Assembly (NCBI GenBank): GCA_964545915.1
Contig: CAZJHQ010000005.1
Location: 29,374-93,373, forward strand
Direction: 5' to 3'
Source of the DNA: an uncultured Candidatus Kuenenia sp.
GTDB lineage: Bacteria > Planctomycetota > Planctomycetia > Pirellulales > UBA1268
DNA: 64,000 nucleotides
Positions 39,619-47,387 of this stretch are shown here, piece by piece. The notes below the pieces were generated by a model that saw only the letters and a list, made by a program, of their open reading frames with translations, searched no databases and was not told the DNA's origin. Both the position numbers and the translations under genes were made by a program. Position 1 is the stretch's first letter; each line of letters starts with the position of its first letter.

Positions 39619-40509
39619 TCAGCCGACGTGGCAGTGAGCCAGGACATCCCGCGGCGGCGCCACGTATCCGGTGTAGAACGGGCCGAACTCGGCGTAGCGG
39701 GCGCTCGCCTCGTCGAACCGCATCGTGTAGACGATCTCCTTCAGCCAGTCGGGCCGCCGGGCCCAGAGCGTCACGCCCCACTCCCAGTCGTCGAGCCCCA
39801 CGGCCACCGTGATCAGCTGGCTGACGCGGCCGCCGAACTTCATCCCCGAGGCGCCGTGCTCGGCCATCAGCCGGCTGCGTTCCGCGAACGGCAGCGTGAA
39901 CCAGTTCTCGCCCACCTTCCGCTTCTTGTTCATCGGGTAGAAGCAGGCGTTGGGCCACGGGGGCAGCTCCGGCTCCAGCCGCGCCTGCCGCATCGCCGGC
40001 TCCCGCGCCGCGTAGCCCTGCACCTTGGCGTTGTAGGACGGACTGTCGGCCACCTCCCCCTCGGCCACGAGCCGGGCGGCGTACTGTTCGACCGTCGGCA
40101 CGTACTCGCTCACCTCGGTGAGGCTCACGAACGAGTAGGTGGGCACGAGGGCCGGGCCGAGCGGGCCGGCCAGCAGCCGCTGGTGCACGTCGTCGACCGC
40201 CAGCGGCGAGCGATCCATGACCACGACGCCGAAGTCGGCCTTGTGGCCGGGCACGACCCAGGTCTGGAGCCGCCGGGGCGCGTGCGGTGCGGCGGGGTCG
40301 AGCGTGGCGGCGAAGGCATCGACGCCGGCGGCGATCTCCGCGGCCGAGAGCGCCGCCAGCCGGCCGCGGTCGAAGGCGTAGAACGAATGGGTCACGTGCC
40401 AGCCGGTGCAGGGCTCGATCGAGGTCTCGACGGACTGGGCGGCGGCGTGCGGTGGCGGCCCGCCGTGGCGGTGGGGCGCGGCGGGGGCGGCAGGCTGTGA
40501 CACGGGCAT
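39619..40509 (-). CDS. Chlorite dismutase-family protein, coproheme decarboxylase (HemQ/ChdC)-like
   Basis: C-terminal signature WFTLPFAERSRLMAEHG ... GLDDWEWGVTLWA ... YTMRFDEASARYAEFGPFYTG. ATG 40509; the upstream part of the track ORF is shadow. Confidence 0.8.
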   Translation of the reverse strand: MPVSQPAAPAAPHRHGGPPPHAAAQSVETSIEPCTGWHVTHSFYAFDRGRLAALSAAEIAAGVDAFAATLDPAAPHAPRRLQTWVVPGHKADFGVVVMDRSPLAVDDVHQRLLAGPLGPALVPTYSFVSLTEVSEYVPTVEQYAARLVAEGEVADSPSYNAKVQGYAAREPAMRQARLEPELPPWPNACFYPMNKKRKVGENWFTLPFAERSRLMAEHGASGMKFGGRVSQLITVAVGLDDWEWGVTLWARRPDWLKEIVYTMRFDEASARYAEFGPFYTGYVAPPRDVLAHCHVG

Positions 40510-40668
40510 GCTCCGGAGCGGCTCGGGAATGAAAACGGCGCCGCAGTCTACGCTCCGGGTCTGCCACTTCCCAGCCGCAGAGCGCCGGCGGGCCGCTGTC
40601 CAAGGGGGGGCGGTTGGCGGTACGATGAAGATTCGGACCACAGGCAGGCACGCAGAGGGGAGACCACC

Positions 40669-40941
40669 ATGGGACAGGCGATCGTCGATCCGGCTGAGCT
40701 CCGCAGGTTCGCGGGCAGCCTGCGGAAGTTCAGCGACGAAGTGGTGGCCCAGATGCAGATGGTGCAGCGGCAGCTCGCCGCCTTGAGCTCCACGTGGCGC
40801 GACCAGGAGCAGCAGAAGTTCGCCGAGGAGTTCGAGCAGCAGCTCGGCACCTTCAAGCGGTTCGCGGAGTCGACCAGCGAATACGTCCCCTACCTGATCC
40901 GCAAGGCGGAGCGGGTCGAGGAATACCTGCAGCAACGCTGA
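40669..40941 (+). CDS. WXG100-like small helical-hairpin protein (W-x-D variant), 90 aa
   Basis: Two predicted helices joined at mid-length by STWRDQEQQKFAEEF (compare W-x-G-x3-x-x-F of Esx proteins). GGGGAG 6 nt upstream of the ATG. First gene of an operon with an FtsK/SpoIIIE ATPase. Confidence 0.65.
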   Translation: MGQAIVDPAELRRFAGSLRKFSDEVVAQMQMVQRQLAALSSTWRDQEQQKFAEEFEQQLGTFKRFAESTSEYVPYLIRKAERVEEYLQQR

Positions 40942-40964
40942 TCGCCGCGCCAGGAGCCCGCCGC

Positions 40965-41567
40965 ATGTCCGACCAGGCCGACGTCAAGTCGATCGACACG
41001 CTCGCCTTCGTCAAGGCGGCGTTCGCGGCGTTCGCGCACGAGACCAACCAGGCCGTCTCCGAGATCGAGATCCAGGGGCAGCGGGCCGTGGAATGGATCA
41101 CGGTCGACCGGGCCGCCTTCTGGAAGGCGGAAATCCGCCGCCGGTCCGACATCGTCAACAAGGCGATCAAGGATCTGGAGCACTGCCGCACCTTCAAGAA
41201 GGTGGGCGACAACACGCCGTCGTGCATCGAGGAAAAGAAGGCCCTCGACAAGGCGCGGAAGCTGCTGGAGACGGCCGAGCGCAAGGCCGAGGCCGTCCGC
41301 CGCTGGACGCCGGTCGTGCAGCAGCAGTTTCGTGAGACGTGCGTGCGGCTGGTGCGGTTCCGCGAGGTGATCGACGTCGATTGCCCGCGGGCGATGGCCC
41401 AGCTCGAGAAGATGCTCAAGGCGCTGGACGCCTACCAAAACGCATCCAGCCCGCGGGCGGCGGACGGCGGCGCGGGCGGCACCGGGGCCCAGAACGTCAC
41501 GCGCCAGCTCGACGCAGCGGCGCCCCCCGCACCGGCCGCGGCCCCCCCCACGGAGGCGGCATCATGA
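40965..41567 (+). CDS. All-helical hypothetical protein (200 aa) with Ala/Pro/Gly-rich tail
   Basis: AGGAG 9 nt upstream of ATG 40965. Coding-like composition. The stop overlaps the next start (ATGA 41564-41567). No recognisable domain. Confidence 0.65.
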   Translation: MSDQADVKSIDTLAFVKAAFAAFAHETNQAVSEIEIQGQRAVEWITVDRAAFWKAEIRRRSDIVNKAIKDLEHCRTFKKVGDNTPSCIEEKKALDKARKLLETAERKAEAVRRWTPVVQQQFRETCVRLVRFREVIDVDCPRAMAQLEKMLKALDAYQNASSPRAADGGAGGTGAQNVTRQLDAAAPPAPAAAPPTEAAS

Positions 41568-41800
41568 AGGTCGGCGACCTCTCCAGCGGGGCCTCGAAAC
41601 TCGCCAACGCCCTCAAGCAGCTCAACATCAAGTGGGACAGTGCCAAGGACACATGGCACGACACCCGCGCCAAGGCCTTTCAGAAAGACAACGTCGAGCC
41701 GCTGCTGCCGGCCGTCAAGGAAACCCTCGACGCCCTCGGGCGGCTGGCCGAGGTTCTCGACCGGGCCGCCCGCGACGTCAGCGAGCACGACGGCGGCTGA
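41564..41800 (+). CDS. WXG100-like small helical-hairpin protein (W-x-D variant), 78 aa
   Basis: Central DTWHDTRAKAF parallels STWRDQEQQKF of the 90-aa protein. GGAGG 8 nt upstream. Translationally coupled to the preceding gene. Confidence 0.6.
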   Translation: MKVGDLSSGASKLANALKQLNIKWDSAKDTWHDTRAKAFQKDNVEPLLPAVKETLDALGRLAEVLDRAARDVSEHDGG

Positions 41801-41840
41801 CGCCGCTTCCCGCCCCGCACCACCCCGTGGATCAGCATCT

Positions 41841-44800
41841 GTGAGCACCGACGCCCTTCCCGCCCCAGCCGCCTCCGTGAACGCCTACGACCGCGACCTC
41901 TTGCGCGGCCAGATGGAACTGCTGCGCACCGAGGCGGCCCTGCGGGCCCGCCTCGAGAACGAGATCGCGGCGGAGCACGAGGCGGCGGTGACGCAGACGC
42001 GGGCCGACGCGGAGGCCGCCCTCGCCGCCACGAAGCAGAAGTACGCCGCCGAGATCGAGGCCACGCAGCGGGAATACGCGGGCCTGCTGCACAAGGCCGA
42101 CGCCTACCTCGCCGCCGAGCGCGGCAAGCTCGACGAGCAGCGCAAGGCGATGGCCGCCCAGGTCGCCAAGCTCTGCGAGAAGGAGGCACGACAGGCAAAG
42201 GAAGACGATCAGTTCGACGAGCTGTCGATCAAGGAAAAGCACAAGGAGGACCGCAAGCAGCCGGCCCGCCTGTTCGCCAAGGATGAGAAGGAGGTCGCCC
42301 GCGTGAGCGGCCAGATCACCGAGGCGGAGGCGAAGGCGGGCCAGGCGCTGGCGACGTGCGGCCTGACACCGGCCGCCGGCGCGGACGACGCACCGCTCCC
42401 CGAGGGCAAGGAGCTGCTCGCCGAGATCGAGTCGCTGCGGGCTTCGATCGTCGAGCAGGCCAAGGTCATCGTCGACCTGCCGGCCGCGAAGCAGGCATTC
42501 GCCGGCGGCCTGCAGGGGGCGGCGATCGGGCTGCCGATCGTGCTCGGCCTGGCGGCAGGGGCCGCCGCCTTCTTCGGCCTGCCCGGCGGCATGGACATGG
42601 GCCTCAAGGCGGCCGCGGCGGCCGGCACGGCCGCGGTCCTCGCCGGCGGCGGGATCGCGGGCGGCCTGTCGTTCGTGCGCGGTCGGCGGAAGGTCGCCCG
42701 CGAGCAGCTCGCCGGCCTGCAGGCGGCACTGGCGACCGCGGTGGCCCGGGCCCGGCGGCTCGAACCGGCCTGCGCCGAGTTCCTCAAGGTCCGCCGGGAC
42801 GAGCAGGCGACGAGGCTCGAAGCCCGCTTCGCACAGGAGCAGGAGCAGCGCCGGGCGAAGTCGGAAGAGCGGCTGGCGTCGTTCACGGCCAAGCGTGACA
42901 AGGCGCTTGCCGACCTGGAGGCGAAGTACCGCGGCTCGTGCGCGGCTCTCGCTCAGAAGGTGGCGGCGGCGAAGGACGCCGCGGAGCAGAAGTATCCGCC
43001 GCGGCTGGCCGCGCTGGAGACCAGCGGCCGCGAGGACATCGCCACGCTCGAACGCGAGCGTGACGAGCGGCTGGCGGCCGCCGACCGCCGCCGCGACGAG
43101 CGGCACCGCGCGATGACCGCCCGCTGGCAGGAGGTCCGCGAGCGCACGGCCGCCGTCTACGACGAGGCCAATCGCATCGACGCCGCCGCCTTCAGGCCCT
43201 GGGACGAACTGGCCCGCGACGACGTGCCGCTGCCGGCCGATCCGCCCCCCGGGCTGCGGTTCGGGTCGCTGGGGCTGTCGCTGGAGCGGGTGCCGGGAGG
43301 CGTGTCGGGTGAGCCGGCGCTGAACGCCTTCGGTCCGGTGTCGTGGACGCAGCCGGCCATCCTCCCCTACCCCGTCCACTCCTCGCTGCTGATCAAGACG
43401 ACGGCCGACCAGAAGGAGACGGCCTCGGCGCTGCTCCAGGCGCTCACGCTGCGGATCGCCACCGGCATTCCGCCGGGGCAGAGCCGGTTCACGATCATCG
43501 ATCCGCTCGGCCTCGGCAAGCAGTTCGCCGGCTTCATGCACCTGGCCGACCACGACGAATTGCTCGTCACCAGCCGGATCTGGACGGAGCCGCCGCTCAT
43601 CGAGCAGAAGCTGGCCGACATCACCGAGCAGATGGAGGTGGTGATCCAGAAGTACCTGCGAAACGAGTACGAGTCGATCGGGGCCTACAACGCCGAGGCG
43701 GAGGTGCCGGAGCCCTACCGGTTCGTGGTCGTGGCCAACTTTCCCGCCAACTTCAACGAGACCAGCGCCCGCCGCCTGGCGAGCATCGCCGCTTCCGGCG
43801 CCCGTTGCGGCGTGTACACGATCATCTCGGTCGATACCAAGGCCCAGATGCCGTCGGGCTTCAGCCTCGCCGAGCTCGAGCAGCACGCGACCACGCTCGT
43901 GCTCAAGGACGGCACGTTCACCTGGAGCGACCCCGAGTTCTCCAAGTGGCCCCTGACCGTGGAGCAGGCGCCCCCCGACGACGTGTTCACGCAGATCATC
44001 CAGCGGGTCGGCAAGGCGGCCAAGGCCGCCAAGCGGATCGAGGTGCCGTTCGACCGCGTCGCCCCGGCGGAGGAGGACTGGTGGAAGGGGAGCACGGCCA
44101 ACGAGGTGCTCGCGCCGCTCGGCCCCGCCGGCGCCAAGAAGCTGCAGTACCTCAAGCTCGGCAAGGGCACGAGCCAGCACTGCCTGATCGCCGGCAAGAC
44201 GGGCTCCGGCAAGTCGACCCTCATGCACGCGATGATCACGAGCCTCGCGCTGCAGTACAGCCCCAACGAGATCCAGTTCTATCTCATCGACTTCAAGAAG
44301 GGCGTCGAGTTCAAGCTCTACGACCACTACAAGCTGCCGCACGCCCGCGTGATCGCCATCGAGAGCGAGCGCGAGTTCGGCCTCTCCGTGATGGAGCAGC
44401 TCGACCGCGAGCTGAAGCGGCGCGGCGACCTGTTCCGCGAGCTCTCCGTGCAGAACGTGGCAGGGTTCCGCCAGACGGGGCACCCCGACCCGATGCCGCG
44501 GATTTTGCTGCTCATCGACGAGTTCCAGGAAATCTTCGTCGAAGACGACAAGATCGCCCAGGATGCCTCGCTGATCCTCGACCGCCTCGTCCGCCAGGGC
44601 CGGGCCTTCGGCATGCACGTGCTCCTCGGCTCGCAGACGCTGGGCGGCTCCTACAGCCTGCCGCGGGCCACGATGGGGCAGATGGCCGTCCGCATCGCCC
44701 TGCAATGCAACGAGGCCGACTCGAGCCTCATCCTCTCGGAGGACAACACCGCCGCCCGCCTGCTGACCCGGCCCGGCGAGGCGATCTACAACGACGCCAA

Positions 44801-45992
44801 CGGCATGGTCGAGGGCAACAACCCGTTCCAGGTGGTGTTCCTCAACGACGACCGCCGGGAGCGGTATCTCGGCGCGCTGCGGGAGCTGGCCGACCGGCGG
44901 ACCGACATCCCGCAGCTGCCGCGGATCGTCTTCGACGGCAACCAGGCGGCCGAACCGGCGGGCAATCCCCTGCTCACGGAGCTCCTCGACGCCGGCACCG
45001 TGCACGGCCGGGAAATGACCGCGCCGCTCGCCTGGCTCGGCGATGCGATCGCCATCAAGGATCCAACCGCGGCGATCTTCCGCCGCCAGGGGGGAGCCAA
45101 CCTGCTGATCGTCGGCCAGCGCGAGGACCTGGGGGCCAGCCTGCTGGCGATGGCTCTCACCAGCCTCGCCGCCGGCCACGACCCGCACCCGGGCGGCGGC
45201 CTCGGTCGCGCCGCGCGGTTCGCGCTTCTCGAGCCGGCGATCGCCGAGGAGAAGCCCGACCTGCTGCTCGCAAAACTGGCCGACCACCTGCCCCACGAGA
45301 TCGAGGTCGTGGGCCGGCTGGGCACGGCCGACGCCCTGGAGACGCTGGCCGCCGAGATCCGCCGCCGGCTCGACGGGCAGATCATCGACGCCGAGGCGGT
45401 GTTCGTCGTGGTCCGCGACCTGGGCCGGTTCCGCGAACTCCGCAAGAGCGACAGCGACTTCGGCTTCTCGATGGGCGACAAGAAGGCCGGACCCGCGGAG
45501 AACTTCCTCACGCTCATCAAGGATGGTCCGGCCGTCGGCGTGCATGCCATCATCTGGTGCGACTCGCTGACGAACCTGCAGCGCACCTTCGACCGCAACG
45601 CGATCAAGGAGTTCGAACTGCGGGTCCTCTTCCAGATGAGCGGCAACGACTCCAGCCAACTCGTCGACACGCCCGCGGCCGCGAAGCTGGGCCCGCAGCG
45701 GGCCCTGTTCATCCACGAGGAGACCGGCACGCTGGAGAAGTTCCGCCCCTATGCGTTTCCGTCGGCCGAGTGGCTCGCCGCCGTCGCGGCGGCGATGGCG
45801 AAGCGGCCGCAGGGCACGCCGGTGCCCCGGCAGCGGCCGGCCGCGAAGCCGGCGACCGAGTCGGCCGATGTCGGCGGCGGACTCGGGGGCTTCACCGCGT
45901 TCGGCGGCGGCGATTTCAACTTCACGAAGATGCTCGACGACCTGCCCGGCGGCGACGAGACGACTCCCTCCGAAGACAACGCTGCAGGCTGA
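41841..45992 (+). CDS. Membrane FtsK/SpoIIIE-family ATPase with three tandem P-loop modules (EssC/EccC-like)
   Basis: Walker A GKTGSGKS (44193-44216), Walker B LLLIDEF (44505-44525), RQGRAFGMHVLLGSQ. It is flanked by two degenerate FtsK-like modules. Two TM helices (about 42510-42674) lie between two long coiled-coil regions. GTG 41841 is my best guess at the start; there is no clear SD. Confidence 0.85.
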   Translation: MSTDALPAPAASVNAYDRDLLRGQMELLRTEAALRARLENEIAAEHEAAVTQTRADAEAALAATKQKYAAEIEATQREYAGLLHKADAYLAAERGKLDEQRKAMAAQVAKLCEKEARQAKEDDQFDELSIKEKHKEDRKQPARLFAKDEKEVARVSGQITEAEAKAGQALATCGLTPAAGADDAPLPEGKELLAEIESLRASIVEQAKVIVDLPAAKQAFAGGLQGAAIGLPIVLGLAAGAAAFFGLPGGMDMGLKAAAAAGTAAVLAGGGIAGGLSFVRGRRKVAREQLAGLQAALATAVARARRLEPACAEFLKVRRDEQATRLEARFAQEQEQRRAKSEERLASFTAKRDKALADLEAKYRGSCAALAQKVAAAKDAAEQKYPPRLAALETSGREDIATLERERDERLAAADRRRDERHRAMTARWQEVRERTAAVYDEANRIDAAAFRPWDELARDDVPLPADPPPGLRFGSLGLSLERVPGGVSGEPALNAFGPVSWTQPAILPYPVHSSLLIKTTADQKETASALLQALTLRIATGIPPGQSRFTIIDPLGLGKQFAGFMHLADHDELLVTSRIWTEPPLIEQKLADITEQMEVVIQKYLRNEYESIGAYNAEAEVPEPYRFVVVANFPANFNETSARRLASIAASGARCGVYTIISVDTKAQMPSGFSLAELEQHATTLVLKDGTFTWSDPEFSKWPLTVEQAPPDDVFTQIIQRVGKAAKAAKRIEVPFDRVAPAEEDWWKGSTANEVLAPLGPAGAKKLQYLKLGKGTSQHCLIAGKTGSGKSTLMHAMITSLALQYSPNEIQFYLIDFKKGVEFKLYDHYKLPHARVIAIESEREFGLSVMEQLDRELKRRGDLFRELSVQNVAGFRQTGHPDPMPRILLLIDEFQEIFVEDDKIAQDASLILDRLVRQGRAFGMHVLLGSQTLGGSYSLPRATMGQMAVRIALQCNEADSSLILSEDNTAARLLTRPGEAIYNDANGMVEGNNPFQVVFLNDDRRERYLGALRELADRRTDIPQLPRIVFDGNQAAEPAGNPLLTELLDAGTVHGREMTAPLAWLGDAIAIKDPTAAIFRRQGGANLLIVGQREDLGASLLAMALTSLAAGHDPHPGGGLGRAARFALLEPAIAEEKPDLLLAKLADHLPHEIEVVGRLGTADALETLAAEIRRRLDGQIIDAEAVFVVVRDLGRFRELRKSDSDFGFSMGDKKAGPAENFLTLIKDGPAVGVHAIIWCDSLTNLQRTFDRNAIKEFELRVLFQMSGNDSSQLVDTPAAAKLGPQRALFIHEETGTLEKFRPYAFPSAEWLAAVAAAMAKRPQGTPVPRQRPAAKPATESADVGGGLGGFTAFGGGDFNFTKMLDDLPGGDETTPSEDNAAG

Positions 45993-46025
45993 TACGGCTC
46001 ACACGTGAGCCTCGCGCACGAACCA

Positions 46026-46071
46026 CTCCTGGGCAACACCGGTCAGGGCGGGGTTGCCCATGCCCCAGGAG
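46026..46071 (+). terminator. Imperfect stem-loop after the ATPase gene
   Basis: CTCCTGGGCAAC ... GTTGC-CCATGCC-CCAGGAG, 34 nt after the stop, in the convergent intergenic region. Confidence 0.3.
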
Positions 46072-46255
46072 CCGGCGTGGCTGACCCGCGAAGGCAACGA
46101 CCAATCCGCCTGCGGCGGATCGGTGCCCGCCGCAGCGCAGGCAGCCTCGAGAGAACGGAGGCCCGGAAGTCCGAAGCGAACGTTCGGCGATGGGGCGTGG
46201 GCAGCCCCGACCAGCGTGACGCCCGAGGTTCAAGTGTGAAGCGTAGAAGGGGCCG

Positions 46256-47356
46256 TCACTGCCGGGGGCGGCGGCCGACCGCGACGGTCACCGCCAGCGG
46301 CGCCCCGTCGCGGACGAGATCGATGTCCACCGCCTGGCCCACCGGCACCCGGGTCAGCAGCAGCACGAGCGTCGCTGGATCGGCCACCTCCTCGCCGTCG
46401 AACCGCACGACCAGGTCTCCCGCGCGGATGCCCGCCAGCGCCGCCGGGGACCGCGGCTCGACGCCGGCCACGAGCACCCCGGCCACGTCGGCCGGCGTGG
46501 GCCGCAGCGCCATGCCGAGGTAGCCGCGCTCGACATGGCCCGTCTCGAGAATGGCGCCACACACCTGCCGCGCGGTGTTGCTCGGGATCGCGAAGCCGAT
46601 GCCCGAATAATCGCGGCCCACGATCGCCGTCGTGATCCCCATCACCCGGCCGTGCACGTCCACCAGCGGCCCCCCCGAGTTGCCCGGATTGATCGCCGCA
46701 TCGGTCTGCAGGAACTCCTGATACGGGCTCTCGAGCACGCCCCGCCGGCCGACGGCGCTGACGATGCCGTAGGTGATCGTGCGATCGAGGCCGAAAGGGC
46801 TGCCCATCGCCCACACCATCTCCCCCACCTCCACGGTCTCGCTGTCGCCCCAGGCGGCCGTCGGCAACTGTTTGGCGTCGATCCGCAGCACGGCCAGGTC
46901 GGTCGCGGCGTCGGCACCGACGAGGTCGGCCGCGAAGGTGCGGCCGTCGGCCAGCGTCACGTCGATCGCGTCGCTGTTGGCGACGACGTGGTAGTTGGTG
47001 ACGATCACGCCGTCCTCGGCGACGATCACTCCCGAGCCGACCGATTCGCTCGTGGCCCCGACTGGCCTGAGCCCGCGCAGCGAGGCGATCTCGTCGGCGA
47101 TCGTCAGCACGCGGCGTTTCGACGTCACGTTGACGACTGCCGGCCCGATGAGCCGGGCCAGCGTGGTGAACAGCTTGCCCACGCTCGTCAGCTCCGCCCC
47201 CGCCGCGGCGTCGCGAATCGCCGCCAGTTCCGCCCGGGTCTTGGCGTACTGCACCCGCCCGGCGAGCGACGGCCAGACGATCAGCCCGACCAGGCCCACG
47301 AGCCCGAGAAAGAGGAGCGTCGTGCGGCTCGCGCCGCCCCGGGGATCACCGTGCAT
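46256..47356 (-). CDS. HtrA/DegP-family serine protease with one PDZ domain
   Basis: N-terminal TM. Triad contexts TNYHVV, DLAVLRI, GNSGGPLV. C-terminal PDZ (GVLVAGVEPRSPAALAGIRAGDLVV). Confidence 0.9.
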   Translation of the reverse strand: MHGDPRGGASRTTLLFLGLVGLVGLIVWPSLAGRVQYAKTRAELAAIRDAAAGAELTSVGKLFTTLARLIGPAVVNVTSKRRVLTIADEIASLRGLRPVGATSESVGSGVIVAEDGVIVTNYHVVANSDAIDVTLADGRTFAADLVGADAATDLAVLRIDAKQLPTAAWGDSETVEVGEMVWAMGSPFGLDRTITYGIVSAVGRRGVLESPYQEFLQTDAAINPGNSGGPLVDVHGRVMGITTAIVGRDYSGIGFAIPSNTARQVCGAILETGHVERGYLGMALRPTPADVAGVLVAGVEPRSPAALAGIRAGDLVVRFDGEEVADPATLVLLLTRVPVGQAVDIDLVRDGAPLAVTVAVGRRPRQ

Positions 47357-47387
47357 CGTGCTCCTTCCCTGCAGGTCCAGGCTCCGG

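Noticed and set aside
40510-40668. Promoter for the T7-like operon
   Set aside because: I found no convincing -35/-10 pair. A shared CGGTACGATG 10-mer also occurs upstream of rpoD (about 32828), but many chance 10-mer matches are expected in 64 kb.
41832-45716. 1294-aa minus-strand ORF opposite the FtsK/SpoIIIE ATPase gene
   Set aside because: It has no motifs and an Arg/Gly/Leu-rich shadow composition. The + strand frame carries clear Walker A/B and FtsK signatures.
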